DNA of 64,000 nucleotides, from contig CAWBYW010000004.1 in assembly GCA_963792965.1 (NCBI GenBank), positions 128,001 through 192,000 of the forward strand, given 5' to 3'. This document shows, piece by piece, positions 59,598 to 64,000 of this stretch (position 1 is its first letter; each line of letters starts with the position of its first letter). The translations under genes were made by a program, and so were the position numbers. Under the pieces are notes generated by a model that saw nothing but the letters and a program-made list of their open reading frames with translations, did no database searches and had not been told where the DNA came from. Origin of the DNA: an uncultured delta proteobacterium (GTDB lineage Bacteria > Desulfobacterota > Zymogenia > Zymogenales > Zymogenaceae).

Positions 59598-60817
59598 TCA
59601 GCAGAGAAAAGGACATTCACTATCCCGCCGACCAGTGCATCAAGTGCACGATCTGTGTTGAGCACTGCCCGGTGGTGAAAGTTACCGATAAGTTCCTCGG
59701 GCCCAAACAGGTGGGCCCCGATTTTCAGCGTTTCCGCAGCGAAAAGGACGATCCCCACGACGCCTCGGTGGACTATTGCACGGGCTGCCGCATCTGCGAC
59801 GTGGTCTGCCCATCCGGCGTGAATATCTCGGAGCTTAATATCCGGGCCAAGATCGCCGTCAAAGATAAGGAGGGGATCCCCATCAGGGACACGCTCCTGT
59901 CCCACGCCTATATGTTCGGCCAGCTCGGGAGCTTTGCGGCGCCGGCGGCCAACGCCTTCTTGCGGTTCCGCCCCTTCAGGTGGCTCTCCGATAAGCTCCT
60001 CCACCTGGAAAAGAGCGTCCGCTATCCGTTCTACCAGCGCGAGTCGTTCGAGAAGTGGATCAAGGACTATACCTTTACCTCGGACAGGAAGGTCGCCTAT
60101 TTCTACGGCTGCTTCACGAACTACAACGATCCCTCTATCGGCAAATCCGTTGTGAAGGTCCTCCAGAAAAACGGCATACAGGTCGTCTTCCCCGAGCAGG
60201 AGTGTTGCGGACTGCCGCTGTTGGGAAACGGCAACGTGAGAGAGGCCCGAAAGCTCGCCCGTCGTAACCTTGCCGGGCTCTTGTCGGCCGTCGACGACGG
60301 GCTGGATATTATCTATAGCTCCACTTCGTGCGGAATGATGATCCGGGACGACTACATCACCTACCTCGACCTCCCCGAGGCCGAGCCGCTCTTTGACCAC
60401 ATGAAGGAGATATCGGAGTATCTCTGGGGCCTCCACGAGAAGAGGGAGCTCAACACCGATTTTACCGACGTCAACATGGCCATGCCCTACCACGCCCCGT
60501 GCCACCTCCGGTCTCTCGGGATCGGGTTCCCGGCCATCGACGTGATGAACCTGATCCCGGGGCTGCGCGTCATGGATCTGGGCACCTATTGTTGCGGGCT
60601 TGCGGGCACATACGGATTCAAGAGTGATAAATACGAGATCACCAAGGCGATCGGGGCTGAGCTGGCCCTCCTCCTCAAGAAGATCGACGGGAAATACGCC
60701 ACGTCGGACTGCGAGGCATGCCGGATGCAGATAGAGAACCTTTCGGCCAAGAAGGCCATTCACCCCATCATCCCGCTGGTCTGGGCCTACGGGATCGACC
60801 TCAACGAGGAGTCGTAG
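59594..60817 (+). CDS. glpC: anaerobic glycerol-3-phosphate dehydrogenase subunit C
   Basis: CIKCTIC...CP, GPKQ.GPD, CTGCRICDVVCP, two CCG domains. Confidence 0.94.
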   Translation: MISREKDIHYPADQCIKCTICVEHCPVVKVTDKFLGPKQVGPDFQRFRSEKDDPHDASVDYCTGCRICDVVCPSGVNISELNIRAKIAVKDKEGIPIRDTLLSHAYMFGQLGSFAAPAANAFLRFRPFRWLSDKLLHLEKSVRYPFYQRESFEKWIKDYTFTSDRKVAYFYGCFTNYNDPSIGKSVVKVLQKNGIQVVFPEQECCGLPLLGNGNVREARKLARRNLAGLLSAVDDGLDIIYSSTSCGMMIRDDYITYLDLPEAEPLFDHMKEISEYLWGLHEKRELNTDFTDVNMAMPYHAPCHLRSLGIGFPAIDVMNLIPGLRVMDLGTYCCGLAGTYGFKSDKYEITKAIGAELALLLKKIDGKYATSDCEACRMQIENLSAKKAIHPIIPLVWAYGIDLNEES

Positions 60818-60823
60818 AGGGCT

Positions 60824-61816
60824 ATGGAGTCGCCGCCGACCAGGAGAAGACAGAGGGCCGGCCGCTCGGAAATCCACACGATCACCCTCCCGCTCCTCTT
60901 CCCCCTCTTTCCGGTGAACATCTACGTCATCGACGGAGAGATCCCCACCCTCATCGACACGGGCCTTTCGACAGACGTGGGATGGGAGACACTCGTGCAG
61001 GGGCTTTCGGCCCTCAAGCTTTCGCCCAAAGATATCCGGCGGGTGATCCTGACGCACGGTCACATCGATCACGTAGGCCTAGTTGAGAAACTCCTGGAGG
61101 CGGGTCGCCCGGAAGTATTCATCCACACCGACGACGCCGACCGGATCACGTGCGACGTTGAGCTGTTGGTCGATCGGATCGAGAAAAACGCCGTCAGGCT
61201 CAAGAAGATGGGCATCGCGCCGCGAGATGTAGACCGGCTCTTCAGGACCTACATCTCGATGTTGAGGAGATACTATATACGGCTCGACACAGTTAAGACC
61301 CTTGCCGAGGGTGATACGCTTGAGTTTTCCGGTTTTACCCTTACCGCCGTGCACACGCCGGGGCATACGGCGGGAAGCACGTGTCTCTTCGATGCCGCCA
61401 GCCGTGTCCTCTTTTCCGGCGACCACATCATGGAGGGGACCCCGACAAACCCGCTGGCGGAGATGACGCAACAAGAGGGCGTCGGGCTTGTCCCGTACCT
61501 CGCCTCGCTCAAGAGAGTCCTCGGTATTTTGCCCGAGAGGATCCTCCCCGGCCACGGGCCGGTAATCGATGCGCCCCGGCATTACATCGGGGATATCGTG
61601 GGTTATCACGAAAAACTGGTACGGGATATAGAAGTGGCGCTGTGTCGGGAGTGGACGAGCCCCATCGAGCTCACCAGGAGGCTCTTTCCCGATCTCTCGG
61701 GGATATTCTCGTCTAACGTCGTCTTCGAGGTCTACAGCCACCTCGTGCAATTCACACAAGAGGGCAGGGCGATGCACGAGGAGAGGGAAGGGGGATACTA
61801 TTTCAGGTGCGGTTAG
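60824..61816 (+). CDS. metallo-beta-lactamase-fold hydrolase
   Basis: LIDTG, THGHIDHVG, TPGHT, FSGDH, PGHG. Confidence 0.9.
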   Translation: MESPPTRRRQRAGRSEIHTITLPLLFPLFPVNIYVIDGEIPTLIDTGLSTDVGWETLVQGLSALKLSPKDIRRVILTHGHIDHVGLVEKLLEAGRPEVFIHTDDADRITCDVELLVDRIEKNAVRLKKMGIAPRDVDRLFRTYISMLRRYYIRLDTVKTLAEGDTLEFSGFTLTAVHTPGHTAGSTCLFDAASRVLFSGDHIMEGTPTNPLAEMTQQEGVGLVPYLASLKRVLGILPERILPGHGPVIDAPRHYIGDIVGYHEKLVRDIEVALCREWTSPIELTRRLFPDLSGIFSSNVVFEVYSHLVQFTQEGRAMHEEREGGYYFRCG

Positions 61817-61883
61817 ATGCCGCCGCACACATAACGGCCTTCCCGGGAATGATCTTCTCTATCACTCCCGGGCATTTCCGGTC

Positions 61884-62957
61884 CTATGCCTCATTCATCC
61901 TGACCCCCATCCCCGGTCCCTCGGGCACGGGGATGACCTTCCGCTCGAAATCGACCGTAAATCCGGTCGCGATATCCTTTTTCAGGAACGCGGGTCCGAT
62001 CACCTCGCAGGCGATGATCCCGGGCTTTGCCGCGGCCAGGTGCATGCCGGCGGCGCTCCCGAGCGAGGATTCGAGCATCGACCCGACCACCGTGGGGAGG
62101 TGCGCGGCCTCGGCGATCGCGTAGATCTTCGCGGCTCGGAGCAGGCCCCCAGACTTCATCAGCTTGATGTTGATGATGTCGGCCGCGCCCAGCTTTATCA
62201 CCTCAATTGCGTCCTCGGGGGAGAGACACCCTTCATCCACCATGATCGGGAAGGACGAGTGCCGCCTGACCTCGGCAAGCGCCGGGAGGTTCGCGGCTGC
62301 CGTCGGCTGTTCCACCCATTTGATCGGTCGCCCCTTGATCATCTCGAGGGCCCCGATCGCCGTCGGAGCGTCTTTCCATCCCTGGTTGATGTCCAGCGAG
62401 AGCCGCGCCTTTGGCGCGGCGTCGCAGATCAGCCTCACGCGCTCGGCGTCCTCTTCGGGGGTCGTGCCGAGCTTTATTTTCATCTCCCGAAAGCCTCCTC
62501 GGTAGAACCCGTCGGCATAGCCGGCCATGACGGCCGGCTCATCCAGCGGGATAACGGGGTAAAAGGCGATAGAGCCCCGGCTCCTGCCCCCAAGCAGTTG
62601 ATATGCGGGGAGTCCCACGGCCTTTCCCATCAGGTCGAAGAGGGCCATGTCGAGCGCGGCCCAGGCGGTGGGTGAGGCCGGGGCACGCTTTAGGGCCGCG
62701 ACCATGATCGCCTCGATGTCGAAGGGGTCTTTCCCGACGAGCTCGCCTGAGAGCGTGTTCAGCGCCGTTTTCACGCTGGCGCGTGTCTCCCCCGTTACCT
62801 CGAAGTCGGGAGCGCCTTCCCCGTATCCGATCGTGCCGTCGTCGGCCTCGATCTTTATGAGGACGTATTCCAAGAAGGCGAAGGTGCCGTATGAGACCAC
62901 GAGGGGCACAACCGGGACGAGGTCCAGGTCGAGGATTTGAATTTCTTTGATTTTCAC
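61884..62957 (-). CDS. dipeptide epimerase (enolase superfamily, MLE subgroup)
   Basis: GYGE, DMALFDL.GK, KIK, DINQGW, EQP, DE, NIKLMKSGG, GSMLE. Confidence 0.88.
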   Translation of the reverse strand: MKIKEIQILDLDLVPVVPLVVSYGTFAFLEYVLIKIEADDGTIGYGEGAPDFEVTGETRASVKTALNTLSGELVGKDPFDIEAIMVAALKRAPASPTAWAALDMALFDLMGKAVGLPAYQLLGGRSRGSIAFYPVIPLDEPAVMAGYADGFYRGGFREMKIKLGTTPEEDAERVRLICDAAPKARLSLDINQGWKDAPTAIGALEMIKGRPIKWVEQPTAAANLPALAEVRRHSSFPIMVDEGCLSPEDAIEVIKLGAADIINIKLMKSGGLLRAAKIYAIAEAAHLPTVVGSMLESSLGSAAGMHLAAAKPGIIACEVIGPAFLKKDIATGFTVDFERKVIPVPEGPGMGVRMNEA

Positions 62958-64000
62958 GCCGTTTTTTTCTCCTTCCTGAAGATCACCGGAATCATCGGTA
63001 ACACCAACACGTTGATCGCGGCAAATACAAGGAACGTCCCGCGGAAACCGATCTTATCGATGAGGATCCCGGCGAGGCCCTGTCCGAGGGCGATGCCGAA
63101 ATTTCCCACCGCCATGAAGACCGCAAACATCGTAGCGGCGATGCGTACGTCGCTAAAGTCCATGCTAAGGGCAAAGTAGACGGTCTCGTAGAAACCGAAG
63201 GCGGCCCCGAAGAGAAAGAGGAGGACGTAGGCGACTGAGAGGCCGGACGTCGCCGCGATCAACAGGATCGTCACCGTGGAGAAGATCAGGGCCGCAAAGA
63301 GGGAGGGCTTGTGTCCGATACGATCCAGGAACGTCCCCCCGAGGGCGGCGCCCGCGGCGGTGCCGATCCCGAATATTGCCGTGATGAAGCCGACGTTGAG
63401 CATGGTAATCCCGAGTCCCTCTTTCAGGAACGCGTTCACGATTCCCTCGACGCTGTAGATGGCCAGCGTGTAGAGAAACCCGACCAGCACCAGGAACGCA
63501 ACCGGCAGGGAGACGAATGACTTGAAGGCGGAGAGATGAAACTCCTTCTGCGCGGGACGTGCTCCCTCCGGCCGGGAGCATCATAAACCAGGCCAGGGGC
63601 AGGAGGGTGACGGCGCCGATCCCCCAGAAGACCGGCTTCCAGCCCCAATAATGGGTGATATACCCGATGGAAACGGCCGCGATGACCGCCCCCACGGACC
63701 TCCCGCCGACCATAATACCCTGGACAAACCCCCGGAGGTTTTCCGGCGTCGTGTCGAGGGCAAGGCCGTCGGTGGCGGTGTCGAACATCGACATGCCGAA
63801 CGCGACCGCGAACAACACCGCGGTAAACGGGACGAGGCCCGTGACGGGAGAGAAAAAGGGCACGAGGACGACGAGCCCCCCCTCGATGAGAAGGCCGATG
63901 AAGATGAGCGGCTTGCGGTGCCCGAGCCCGAAGAGATTGACCGAGTCGGAAAAGAACCCGATGAAGATCTTCAGGACGAACGGGATGAGCACCACGGAGC
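62954..64000 (-). CDS. MFS transporter (AmpG/BT1-like), 5'-truncated by the window edge, frameshift near 63560
   Basis: IPFVLKIF.GFFSD...GHRKP, DTATDGLALD, ATMFA.FMA.GN.G; continues in ORF 62954-63490. Confidence 0.75.

Noticed and set aside
1-64000. CRISPR arrays, tRNA/rRNA genes, prophage, integrases or defence systems
   Set aside because: No regularly spaced repeats, cloverleafs or hallmark proteins found by eye.

Overview
Gene-dense, GC-rich bacterial chromosomal segment with no rRNA, tRNA, CRISPR array or intact transposase seen. The gene content suggests an anaerobic deltaproteobacterium-like (Desulfobacterota-type) organism; this is inference only. It contains: (1) a fur-feoA-feoB locus with Fur-box-like sites, followed by a metallophosphoesterase and a YmdB-family protein that has lost every metal-binding residue; (2) purH-purD-purE run directly into a tetraheme cytochrome c3, ResB/ResC and a glycerophosphodiesterase; (3) MlaE/F/D (MCE) followed by a tightly coupled block of a repeat-rich exported protein, a RACo-type ASKHA ATPase, DUF2339 and DUF3999; (4) GH1, a K+ channel and a CHASE2 adenylate cyclase; (5) a ~220-nt structured non-coding element resembling an IS110 bridge-RNA end but with no recombinase; (6) a TetR/FadR-controlled beta-oxidation, ETF and ETF:quinone oxidoreductase cluster, then glpK-glpABC, a dipeptide epimerase and an AmpG-like MFS. 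About ten single-base indels interrupt eight genes, including purD and purH, and are most likely sequencing or assembly errors. Best leads: the orphan bridge-RNA-like element (34745-34970), the YmdB pseudo-enzyme (2297-3094), and the MCE / repeat-protein / RACo block (21441-29978). All product calls come from motif recognition; no searches were run.
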